A stretch of DNA of 54,634 nucleotides, taken from contig DASTLH010000033.1 in assembly GCA_035715145.1 (NCBI GenBank), positions 1-54,634 of the forward strand, given 5' to 3'. The notes under the pieces were generated by a model. It saw only the letters and a list, made by a program, of their open reading frames with translations. It was not told the DNA's origin and searched no databases. This DNA is from Patescibacteria group bacterium (GTDB lineage Bacteria; Patescibacteriota; Microgenomatia; Levybacterales; UBA12049). Below are positions 44,983-52,531 of this stretch, piece after piece; position 1 is the stretch's first letter; each line of letters opens with the position of its first letter. The translations under genes and the position numbers were made by a program.

Positions 44983-45192
44983 ATGGCAGAACGATTTTCT
45001 CCCCATACTCCCTCTGAAAAAGGACAAGAAGTCCCCTTATCTGTTCTTTACCCTTCTCAAGATAGTAAACCAGATCCATTTAGCACTCATCTTGATGGAG
45101 GAGCAACGATTCATATACCCCGAATTGGAGACGAAGTAGTAGCAATGGATAATCAATACCACGGATCTTTAGGAAATGACCAAGAAAGCTAA
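44983..45192 (+). CDS. possible small protein (69 aa)
   Basis: ORF with protein-like composition, set in otherwise AT-rich DNA. The segment ATIHIPRIGDEVVAMD loosely resembles the gp5/VgrG OB-fold motif. No clear promoter or Shine-Dalgarno. Confidence 0.3.
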   Translation: MAERFSPHTPSEKGQEVPLSVLYPSQDSKPDPFSTHLDGGATIHIPRIGDEVVAMDNQYHGSLGNDQES

Positions 45193-45496
45193 TGAATATA
45201 AATTACACCCAAATTTTTGGCAATTTTTAGAAAACCCCTTAAATTGAGTAACAAATTTCTGCAATCGTAAAAAAGAAAAAATTCAAAATTTTAAAAACTT
45301 TTTTTGACTTGTTTTTTGTATCAACTATTCACCATTGTTTATAAAAAATATTTTTTCTCAATTGCCGCATACATATCAATAAAAAATCAGTTTAAATCAT
45401 TTCAGCCGTCTCCCCTGCAATTTCGAGGCTAATTTTACTATGAGGCTTTTTTGTGATATACTCCAGGACGCTATAAGAAATACAGCCTCAATCTCG

Positions 45497-45524
45497 TTGA
45501 CAGAGGAACAAACTTTTTTATAAT
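45497..45524 (+). promoter_or_regulatory. sigma70-like promoter TTGACA-N16-TATAAT, 6 nt before ATG 45531
   Basis: TTGACA 45497-45502, TATAAT 45519-45524, ACATCT, ATG. Confidence 0.6.
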
Positions 45525-45530
45525 ACATCT

Positions 45531-46028
45531 ATGACAGAACAATTCTTTGATACCTATGAAACCCATAAACTTCAACCAGCATATCGTCCAGTGAAAGTTG
45601 GCGCATTTTGGGGAGCCGAGTGGACAGTACAAGAAGCGCCAAACCTAGCAATTAATTTCGATGCCCTAGAAAAAAGAGCCCAAGAAGACCCGTTTGCACA
45701 GCAATTTACAACTATTTATGCTCAAACTAATTCTGAAAATATTTATAGATTCCAATTGGCTAAATCCAAAATGGGACTTCCCTACTGGGAAATAACTTCA
45801 GGAAGAGATAATTCAAGGACAACACTAGGCAGACATTGCCCCTTGGCAACAGGCCTACAATTTGCTTTTTATGCTGCAGACGATTCGTATGAGACACGCA
45901 TAATTACCACAAATTATATTACAAGAATCGTCCTTGTCAGTAATGGTGCAGCACCAGCTGGAACCCCACAGACAGATATTCTTACCAAATTTTACGATCT
46001 TCCCGGCCAACAACAAAATATAGTCTAA
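45531..46028 (+). CDS. hypothetical protein (165 aa)
   Basis: Clean ORF with a consensus leaderless promoter; no family recognised. Confidence 0.6.
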   Translation: MTEQFFDTYETHKLQPAYRPVKVGAFWGAEWTVQEAPNLAINFDALEKRAQEDPFAQQFTTIYAQTNSENIYRFQLAKSKMGLPYWEITSGRDNSRTTLGRHCPLATGLQFAFYAADDSYETRIITTNYITRIVLVSNGAAPAGTPQTDILTKFYDLPGQQQNIV

Positions 46029-46035
46029 CCACTCC

Positions 46036-46063
46036 TTGCAATTACTTTTCTCAGGTATATAAT
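46036..46063 (+). promoter_or_regulatory. sigma70-like promoter TTGCAA-N16-TATAAT, 6 nt before ATG 46070
   Basis: TTGCAA 46036-46041, TATAAT 46058-46063, CCAGCT, ATG. Confidence 0.6.
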
Positions 46064-46069
46064 CCAGCT

Positions 46070-46570
46070 ATGGCTGTTACCGAACAACAACATGAACCAG
46101 TACAAAAAGCAGGGCCTCCCGAGCTTTCTTCACAGGCGTTTGCCAATAGACTTGTTTCTGTTGTCTGGAGCCACGGTGCTCCGGTAAGTGAAATTATGGG
46201 CGGAGCCGGCGCAGAGTTGTTTGCCAATACTTCTCCCGGCCGCTTTACTCATGATGAAAAAAAAGAATTTCCAGCTTCTCTGAGGGCTATTATCCATCAA
46301 GAAACAGACCAACAAGCCTTTGCAGCTATCTTTTTGCAGCTGCTGTCTTTTTGGGAAAGAGAAAAAGAAAATCCTCCCTTTACTGTCTTTGCAGACCAAC
46401 CATTTGATAGCCTTGAATTTATTGGTGAAAGAACCATCACAGCCATAGGTTCTCACATGGGAGGAGCTGACAGACCACGAGCACTTCGCATGACCATACA
46501 TCAAGATGGTGTCACTCCCCCCAGAGCCTCTGCTATGGAAATTATTCCCTATTACTACACGCTTGATTGA
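46070..46570 (+). CDS. hypothetical protein (166 aa)
   Basis: Clean ORF with a consensus leaderless promoter; no family recognised. Confidence 0.6.
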   Translation: MAVTEQQHEPVQKAGPPELSSQAFANRLVSVVWSHGAPVSEIMGGAGAELFANTSPGRFTHDEKKEFPASLRAIIHQETDQQAFAAIFLQLLSFWEREKENPPFTVFADQPFDSLEFIGERTITAIGSHMGGADRPRALRMTIHQDGVTPPRASAMEIIPYYYTLD

Positions 46571-46596
46571 CAAAAAGTACAAACCTATCGTATAAT
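46567..46596 (+). promoter_or_regulatory. rplJL promoter TTGACA-N18-TATAAT
   Basis: TTGACA 46567-46572 overlaps the stop of the preceding ORF; TATAAT 46591-46596. Confidence 0.6.
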
Positions 46597-46602
46597 AGCT
46601 GT

Positions 46603-46729
46603 ATCCAAAGACAGTAGGTTGAGGACTACTCTATAAAATCCTACCGAGGAGAGCAAAAAATTTCGCGTAAAGAGATTCTAGATAGAAGCAATACGCGGCA
46701 CAAAAGCACTCCTTGAGAGTGTTTTTTTA
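46603..46729 (+). promoter_or_regulatory. structured rplJ 5' leader, L10-leader-like attenuator
   Basis: ~130-nt untranslated leader with hairpins (GTAGG...CCTAC, GCGTA...TACGC) ending in a terminator-like hairpin. The position matches the ribosomal-protein L10 leader known in other bacteria. Confidence 0.4.
46706..46729 (+). terminator. attenuator hairpin plus T-run just before the rplJ start
   Basis: CACTC-CTTGA-GAGTG followed by TTTTTTTATTTTT, ending 8 nt before ATG 46737. Confidence 0.45.
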
Positions 46730-46736
46730 TTTTTAT

Positions 46737-47282
46737 ATGAACAAAGATAATACAGCAGTATCACAAAATCGAAAGAAAAAAGAAGTCATTGTTGCAGAAG
46801 TTACTGACAAAGTAAACAAAGCAAAAGCAATGGTTTTCACCAATTATGCTGGTCTTACCCACCAACAGCTTGAAAAGTTTAAAAGAGAAGTTAGACCATT
46901 AGAAGCTGAATATGCTGTTGCAAAAAATACCCTTCTTAAAAGAGCACTTGGCGATAGAATTGAAGGCCAGGAAGATAAATTTCAGCAACCAACCGGAACT
47001 TTATTCCTTTATGGTGACGTTGTTGCTCCACTCAAAGTTCTTTCTAAATTAATGAAGGATTTTGACAAACCTGAAGTCAAATTTGGATTATTAGATGGAA
47101 AAGTAATAACTGACAAAGAAGTTGTAAAACTTTCTACCCTTCCTCCTCGTGAAGTTCTTATTGCTCAGATGCTTGGCATGATGAATGCTCCAATTCAAGG
47201 ACTTCATCGAGCTCTTTCTTGGAACTTACAAAAATTTGTGATGACCCTTTCAGCAATTGAAAAACAAAAAGCACAAGGGTAA
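46737..47282 (+). CDS. rplJ: 50S ribosomal protein L10
   Basis: [40 protein letters not shown] and the rplJ-rplL order. Start at ATG 46737; the TTG at 46713 lies inside the attenuator hairpin. Confidence 0.9.
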   Translation: MNKDNTAVSQNRKKKEVIVAEVTDKVNKAKAMVFTNYAGLTHQQLEKFKREVRPLEAEYAVAKNTLLKRALGDRIEGQEDKFQQPTGTLFLYGDVVAPLKVLSKLMKDFDKPEVKFGLLDGKVITDKEVVKLSTLPPREVLIAQMLGMMNAPIQGLHRALSWNLQKFVMTLSAIEKQKAQG

Positions 47283-47301
47283 CAAAGGAGGTGAGAACAA
47301 A

Positions 47302-47691
47302 ATGGCAAAATTAACAAAAGACGAATTAATTTCAGCAATAAAAGAAATGTCTGTCTTAGAACTTTCTGAGATAGTCAAAGCTTTGGAAGAAGAATTTGGA
47401 GTATCAGCAGCAGCAATGGCAGTTGCAGCAGCACCAGCATCAGCTGGAGCAGCACCTGCAGAAGCAGCTGAAGAACAAACCGTATTTAACGTTGTTCTCG
47501 CAAACGCAGGAGCAAACAAAATCGGAGTTATTAAAGCTATCCGTGAATTAGTCCCAACACTCGGACTCACAGAAGCTAAAGCATTAGCAGATAATGCACC
47601 AAAAGAAGTCTTAACAGCAGTAAATAAAGAAACTGCTACCGAAGCAAAAACCAAACTTGAAGCAGCAGGCGGAACCGTCGAGCTTAAATAA
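47302..47691 (+). CDS. rplL: 50S ribosomal protein L7/L12
   Basis: [34 protein letters not shown], an Ala-rich hinge, and [34 protein letters not shown] Shine-Dalgarno. Confidence 0.95.
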   Translation: MAKLTKDELISAIKEMSVLELSEIVKALEEEFGVSAAAMAVAAAPASAGAAPAEAAEEQTVFNVVLANAGANKIGVIKAIRELVPTLGLTEAKALADNAPKEVLTAVNKETATEAKTKLEAAGGTVELK

Positions 47692-47726
47692 GTTTGAAAC
47701 AATCTGGAATTTCCAGAACGTTTAGG

Positions 47727-47765
47727 AATCAGGTATAAGAGGTAACTTTTATACCTGATTTTTTT
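47727..47765 (+). terminator. rho-independent terminator after rplL
   Basis: Perfect 12-bp stem AATCAGGTATAA / TTATACCTGATT with a 10-nt loop, followed by TTTTT. Confidence 0.85.
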
Positions 47766-47926
47766 ATGGGAAACTCCATGAAAAGAGCTGTTTTATTTTC
47801 CTGAAGCCTTCATTCCATTACCCCAACCTTTGTTTCAAGAACAGATTACTACAGGTCTGTCAAAAATTATGAAGAATTTGTGGATATGTTTGGGATATCT
47901 TTTTTTATAGGACTCCCTCATTGTTA

Positions 47927-47955
47927 TTGTCAGATGGTTCTTGGTTTAGTATAAT
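47927..47955 (+). promoter_or_regulatory. sigma70-like promoter TTGTCA-N17-TATAAT, 7 nt before ATG 47963
   Basis: TTGTCA 47927-47932, TATAAT 47950-47955, TTCCCTC, ATG. Confidence 0.55.
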
Positions 47956-47962
47956 TTCCCTC

Positions 47963-48268
47963 ATGGCTTTAGTCACAGAATTTGGAATAGGCACCGTTTC
48001 GCTTCCTTTTTTTAAAAAAGAAGTAAAAACTCCTCTCAATATAGGCAGACAAAGAACTCCCGAAGGCCAGGAGTTTGAGGCGATAATCATTCCTCTGATT
48101 GGCGGTATGATTGAAATTATTCGTCAATTTACTGACTTTGAAGAACGTGCACTCGCAACCGGCTTTGAACTCAACCAGCGAGGTGGAATTCCCATAGGAT
48201 TTTTGGGCTTAAGACGGCTTAATTTTTATCCTGATTTAGCACCAGCAACAAGATCAGCAAAAAATTAA
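47963..48268 (+). CDS. hypothetical protein (101 aa)
   Basis: In-frame ATG 7 nt after a consensus -10 box. The ORF-track TTG start at 47921 would lie upstream of the promoter. No family recognised. Confidence 0.5.
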   Translation: MALVTEFGIGTVSLPFFKKEVKTPLNIGRQRTPEGQEFEAIIIPLIGGMIEIIRQFTDFEERALATGFELNQRGGIPIGFLGLRRLNFYPDLAPATRSAKN

Positions 48269-48807
48269 GATGCTTGTGGCATTTTTTTTGGCCTCCCTCT
48301 TTTGCGAGCAGGAGCACGACTGGGACGCTCTCTTCGTAAAGCAACAGGTTCTGAATTGGATGGTTGTTCTGAATCTGGACCTATCATAAATCCTGCCAAC
48401 CACGTGACAAGTGCTTCTGGCTTATGAGCCAGATCTGTTCCTTCAACAACAGCTACCTGCCTATCTGCAGGAATCGTTGCCTTTATTTTTCCTTCTCTAT
48501 CCTCACCTAGTGGCAAATGAGTAACCTGCAAAACAGAAGGGGTTGACCCTTCCCAAAGCACGGCTGTTTTCCCATAGGGACTATCAAAGACAGTAGCGGT
48601 CACGTCCCCTGCCCGAGTCAGCGTTACTATAATAGTTGCCATCTGAGAGGAAAGAAGATGTTTTTTTGTAAAAGAAACAGGAGTCCCAAGGGGAGTTGGG
48701 ATTTTGGACGAATGAACTGCTGTTCGCCATCTTTCAATTCCCGAGCGAAGAGAGGCGTTCCCCTGGGAAGGTTGAGAATCAGGAGATGCTGTAAGAAGCT
48801 CACCCAT
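48265..48807 (-). CDS. hypothetical protein with C-terminal AT-hook-like basic tail
   Basis: 180 aa, ending RRERPSRAPARKRGRPKKMPQAS, which has an RGRP AT-hook core. Convergent 4-nt overlap with the 101-aa ORF. Confidence 0.55.
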   Translation of the reverse strand: MGELLTASPDSQPSQGNASLRSGIERWRTAVHSSKIPTPLGTPVSFTKKHLLSSQMATIIVTLTRAGDVTATVFDSPYGKTAVLWEGSTPSVLQVTHLPLGEDREGKIKATIPADRQVAVVEGTDLAHKPEALVTWLAGFMIGPDSEQPSNSEPVALRRERPSRAPARKRGRPKKMPQAS

Positions 48808-48815
48808 TAGTTTTT

Positions 48816-48845
48816 AGTATAAATTGCTTTAGCTTTCCCTGTCAA
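48816..48845 (-). promoter_or_regulatory. sigma70-like promoter TTGACA-N18-TATACT, 8 nt before ATG 48807
   Basis: Minus strand reads TTGACAgggaaagctaaagcaattTATACTaaaaactaATG. Confidence 0.55.
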
Positions 48846-48863
48846 TATAAATTGCTCATGCAT

Positions 48864-48892
48864 TTGCATTTCTTACAAAACTGTGATATATT
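48864..48892 (+). promoter_or_regulatory. sigma70-like promoter TTGCAT-N17-TATATT, 10 nt before ATG 48903
   Basis: TTGCAT 48864-48869, TATATT 48887-48892. Back-to-back with the minus-strand promoter. Confidence 0.45.
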
Positions 48893-48902
48893 CCTCTGCG
48901 GT

Positions 48903-49601
48903 ATGGCAAATACAGAAAAATCTCTTTGGACAGAACTCCAAAGTCTCATGGATCAAGGCAAAACAAGACGTGAAGCCTTGGCACTTTTGGGGTTTGGATC
49001 TCTGGCACTCTTTTTAACAGCCTGTGGCCTAGGAGGACGAAGAAATCCCAATAGTAGTCCTTCAGCTACAAATGGCGGACCTACAACACCTGAACCAACT
49101 ATGACACAAAACCCAGATGGAGCACTAAGCAAAGAAATGGCACAGCTCAGAACCCAATTTGAGGCTGGCACAACGACTGCTACAATTGATGCAAGCACCT
49201 TCCCCAAAGGAGCAGAAATTGTTTTAAGGACTAATGGAGGAGAAATAGCATATAGCTACCGAACCACGCCACATGGCCCTTGGCAGCATAAAACTGTCCA
49301 AAACCCAGTAGAAATGGTCGACTGGAGAGACAGAGAAAATGCACATGTGCCAATTATTTCAGACCCTACCAGTATTGTTGATAAAATGAGTACCATTTGG
49401 CCATCTCAACAAGTTCTTGCCGGCAGACCAGTAGGAGTAGAGCATCTCACAGCCACTCTTATAGAAGTAGCGGGACAAGCTCTCTATAATCAGTCAACCA
49501 ATTCGTATGATATTATTCCAATTCCTGGATCTACCGGTCCGGTTATTGGATTTATGTTCAACGGAGCAAATCTTACCCCTAGTAAACCAAATCTTGGTTA
49601 A
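48903..49601 (+). CDS. putative lipoprotein (lipobox LTAC, Arg-Arg in the n-region)
   Basis: MANTEKSLWTELQSLMDQGKTRREALALLGFGSLALFLTACGLGG, a signal with a lipobox Cys. The mature domain has no recognised family. Confidence 0.65.
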   Translation: MANTEKSLWTELQSLMDQGKTRREALALLGFGSLALFLTACGLGGRRNPNSSPSATNGGPTTPEPTMTQNPDGALSKEMAQLRTQFEAGTTTATIDASTFPKGAEIVLRTNGGEIAYSYRTTPHGPWQHKTVQNPVEMVDWRDRENAHVPIISDPTSIVDKMSTIWPSQQVLAGRPVGVEHLTATLIEVAGQALYNQSTNSYDIIPIPGSTGPVIGFMFNGANLTPSKPNLG

Positions 49602-49714
49602 GTATCCTCTTTTCGCCGTTTCTTTATAAAAAAATTCATTTTCCTATTGACAGAGTTGTTATAGTTTGGTACCTTAATAGACAGATAGACTAACAAAGAA
49701 TTAGTCTCACGCCT

Positions 49715-49927
49715 ATGTCTGATCAAACACTATCAATCAATAACCTTCCAGATCTTTTAACAGTGAAAGAAGTTGCGCAGGTTTTACGAGTAAGTCCTCT
49801 CACCATCAAGAGATGGGGCAAGCGAGGAAAACTCCCAGCTATTCGCATAAACTCCCGAGGAGACAGACGTTATAAAAAAGAAGCTGTTCTTTGGCTTTTA
49901 GGAATACAGCAAAAAAGCGACATGTAA
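49715..49927 (+). CDS. excisionase-family / MerR-like helix-turn-helix DNA-binding protein
   Basis: 70 aa. LLTVKEVAQVLRVSPLTIKRWGKRGKLPAIRINSRGDRRYKKEAV matches the excisionase-family HTH pattern. Confidence 0.75.
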   Translation: MSDQTLSINNLPDLLTVKEVAQVLRVSPLTIKRWGKRGKLPAIRINSRGDRRYKKEAVLWLLGIQQKSDM

Positions 49928-49978
49928 GCTCTCCTCCGCGGTTTTTCCCCTTAAATCGTGCCCTTATTTCCTTTACTT

Positions 49979-51415
49979 CTAATTGTGTGAATCAAATCCG
50001 TGTTGCATGTCACCAGATTGAGAATCTGTTCCGTGAGGTCCACCATAGGCAACACCCGTTAACCCAGACGCATCAACAACATCTACTCGAAAGTCCCCGG
50101 CACTGACAGCCTCGCCGTGAGGAACAGTCCACTGACACACGTAGCTACCAATTTCTGGCTGGCTTGGGTCAGGAGGAGTTTGAGAACAAATAGAATCTCC
50201 TTTTACACTAAACGTTACTTTTTGCAGACCTTGATACCCAAAGCTGGTAGCCTTGAATGTCACTGTTGTCCCAGGATAATACACAGAACTACTTGGGCTC
50301 AGACTCGCTAAGACATTGATGCTGGAAGGTTTGGTACAGACATTTGTCGAGCAACTGGAACCAGGCCCAACTTGACCAGAACAAGCCTCAGAGAGGCTAC
50401 TTGCTTGTGAACACCCTACTCCCCCATTGCTGGTTGTCACACAATACGAAACTCCAAGTGCACTGGCAGAATTACAGGCATTATTAAATTTTGTGTCTAT
50501 TGTCATGTTTCCGGCAGAATCAATAGAGCCACTCTCACATTTATTTGGGAACGATAATCCTTTATCAAAATCCAAATCAGTATGGCACCATGTATTATGA
50601 GAATAAAACATACCTCCGCCTCGAAGATTCCACCCGAGTCCCCCAATAGGATATGTGGGAAGAAGTTTTAATTTAAGAATTTCCAACTGGTCTTGGGTGT
50701 CAACAACAGCCTGGGCAACGCCACTATCTGAGGTATTAGAACCACTGCCTCCTCCTGTTTGATCGGCTGGAGCCTGAGTATTGGGCGTTGGTTGCTGTGT
50801 ATTTGAATCTGTCCCGGACGTTTGAGAGTTGCTATTTGATGTCCCAGAAGAGGTATTGGAAGAAGTGTTAGAAGAGGTATTGTTGGCTGAATTTGTATTG
50901 TTTGGAACGGGAGTTGGTGTTCCATTGACAAAAAATGGATTATTCAGATGCTGATTTGTCGTGGTAGTATTGGTGAAATTGACATTTGATTTTGTCACCT
51001 GCGAAAGGGTATTTTGGGAATCGGAAATTTCCTGAACCAATTGCTGCTGAAGCGCTGCCTTTTGGACAGGATCTTGAACCACACTAATTGCCTCCTCTGC
51101 TGTTTGGATCTGGTCCACTATATTCTGAAGTCCCTGAGTATTATTGCTTGCAAGAAGAATTGTTTTTGCCTCAGCTGCACGGTTGGTAACCAAATCCACC
51201 TGGTAGCCGGCTTTTGCCGAAGGATTAAACGACTCAAGAGCCAAAACTCCCTTCTCTATTTGAATTTTTAGTGGATACAGCATTTGGCCTGGAACACTTT
51301 GTTCTGCAAAATATCCTAAAACTCCTGTTGGCAAAACTGCAAGAAGGCCAACCCACGTTACTGCCTGAAAAACTTTAAGTATGATTGGCGTATGGCGTTC
51401 TTCTGAAGCAAACAT
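49979..51415 (-). CDS. membrane-anchored protein: DUF5667-like N-terminal helical domain, Asn/Ser/Thr-rich linker, Cys-rich and Ig-like C-terminal domains
   Basis: TM helix, then PGQMLYPLKIQIEKG, a PGDxLYPLK-type motif. An NTSSNTSSNTSS linker and eleven Cys residues in the C-terminal half. Confidence 0.7.
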   Translation of the reverse strand: MFASEERHTPIILKVFQAVTWVGLLAVLPTGVLGYFAEQSVPGQMLYPLKIQIEKGVLALESFNPSAKAGYQVDLVTNRAAEAKTILLASNNTQGLQNIVDQIQTAEEAISVVQDPVQKAALQQQLVQEISDSQNTLSQVTKSNVNFTNTTTTNQHLNNPFFVNGTPTPVPNNTNSANNTSSNTSSNTSSGTSNSNSQTSGTDSNTQQPTPNTQAPADQTGGGSGSNTSDSGVAQAVVDTQDQLEILKLKLLPTYPIGGLGWNLRGGGMFYSHNTWCHTDLDFDKGLSFPNKCESGSIDSAGNMTIDTKFNNACNSASALGVSYCVTTSNGGVGCSQASSLSEACSGQVGPGSSCSTNVCTKPSSINVLASLSPSSSVYYPGTTVTFKATSFGYQGLQKVTFSVKGDSICSQTPPDPSQPEIGSYVCQWTVPHGEAVSAGDFRVDVVDASGLTGVAYGGPHGTDSQSGDMQHGFDSHN

Positions 51416-51485
51416 ATTTTTGAGAAATAAGTACTATATATAGTAGAGCGAAAATAGACAAAGTTGTCAATACAAAAAATGAAGA

Positions 51486-52358
51486 TTACACAGACTCAGC
51501 AAAGGTAGCTTTATTTTCTTCTTCCATTTCATCAACATCTGCGTTGTCAAAATTACTTTTGATAAAACGTATTGTTTCTGCAGGATCCTGAGTATTCACA
51601 TTAATCCCTGTTCCCACTTCAAACCCACCAAGACTTTTACTTCTGGGCATAAGGCGAAAATACCAGTTGGTGTTGGGGGAGATATAAAAATTGTATGGAG
51701 CCTCATGTCCATGCCTGACGTCTACCAGTTGAATAAGTCTTTGAAGAATAATTGCTAAATCTGACAGTTCTTCATTTTCTATCTCTCCAAAATGAGTATC
51801 CTTTCGTTTTGGAGCAACCCACACCTCATCTGGCCATTCCGAGGTTTTTGGACAATAAATATAAAAATAGTCTGTTTCCAGCCTCTCATCTTCTAATGGC
51901 GCACGAGGCGCAATATCTGTTGTTACTTCTTGAGGAATAACTACCAACTGGGTATGCGGGTGAGGAATACTTTCTCCTCCAGCCTGCCCATGATTGTTGA
52001 AAATATACACTTGCCCTTGATGCTGATGAGCGAGGAAGCGTTGTTTGTAGGCAAAAAGGATTCTCTCCACCTGATCAATTGGCAATTCATCAACATTTTT
52101 ATGATGTTCTGGGGAATGAATAATCAATTCATGAACCGGTGCAAAGGGAAATTTATTTGCCAAAACCCTTACTTCCCAATTACTATCACCAGATTGGCCA
52201 CCAATGCGATAGACTTCCTCTTCCTTTTCTTCCTGACCTGCACAAAATGGACAAATAAAGTTTTCGCCTTTTGAAATATCTGGACGCTTGGAACGACGCG
52301 GGGCAAGGACAATCCATTTCTTAGAAAGAGGATTTTGGATAAATTGGAAATCAGACAT
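51486..52358 (-). CDS. galactose-1-phosphate uridylyltransferase-like (HIT-superfamily GalT) protein
   Basis: CPFCAG zinc knuckle and active-site IPHPHTQL (HxHxQ). Start at MSDFQFI. Confidence 0.8.
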   Translation of the reverse strand: MSDFQFIQNPLSKKWIVLAPRRSKRPDISKGENFICPFCAGQEEKEEEVYRIGGQSGDSNWEVRVLANKFPFAPVHELIIHSPEHHKNVDELPIDQVERILFAYKQRFLAHQHQGQVYIFNNHGQAGGESIPHPHTQLVVIPQEVTTDIAPRAPLEDERLETDYFYIYCPKTSEWPDEVWVAPKRKDTHFGEIENEELSDLAIILQRLIQLVDVRHGHEAPYNFYISPNTNWYFRLMPRSKSLGGFEVGTGINVNTQDPAETIRFIKSNFDNADVDEMEEENKATFAESV

Positions 52359-52531
52359 ACTAAAAGCATACAATCTCTTCAAATTTCTTGCAAGAATAAA
52401 ATAGAATGCAAAATTACTTCTCAAAAAAACATACTGTTTTATCTATATCAAAATACAAAGCAATATGCCTTACTATCGTTTAATGAAACATTTACATACC
52501 ATTTTGAAATCTTTTTTCCCGAAGACCCTTT

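Noticed and set aside
45193-45496. AT-rich spacer as a replication origin
   Set aside because: I saw no TTATCCACA-type DnaA boxes and no dnaA or dnaN nearby. AT-richness alone is insufficient.
47250-47702. 150-aa Ala/Ser-rich minus-strand ORF
   Set aside because: It is antisense to rplL. It arises from the GCN-rich hinge of L7/L12.
47848-47863. Third copy of ACTACAGG-nn-TGTCAA (the motif in the two glycine-zipper promoters) downstream of rplL
   Set aside because: No -10 element follows at a usable spacing. A match of this length (about 14 specified positions with flexible spacing) is expected by chance several times in 2 x 54 kb.
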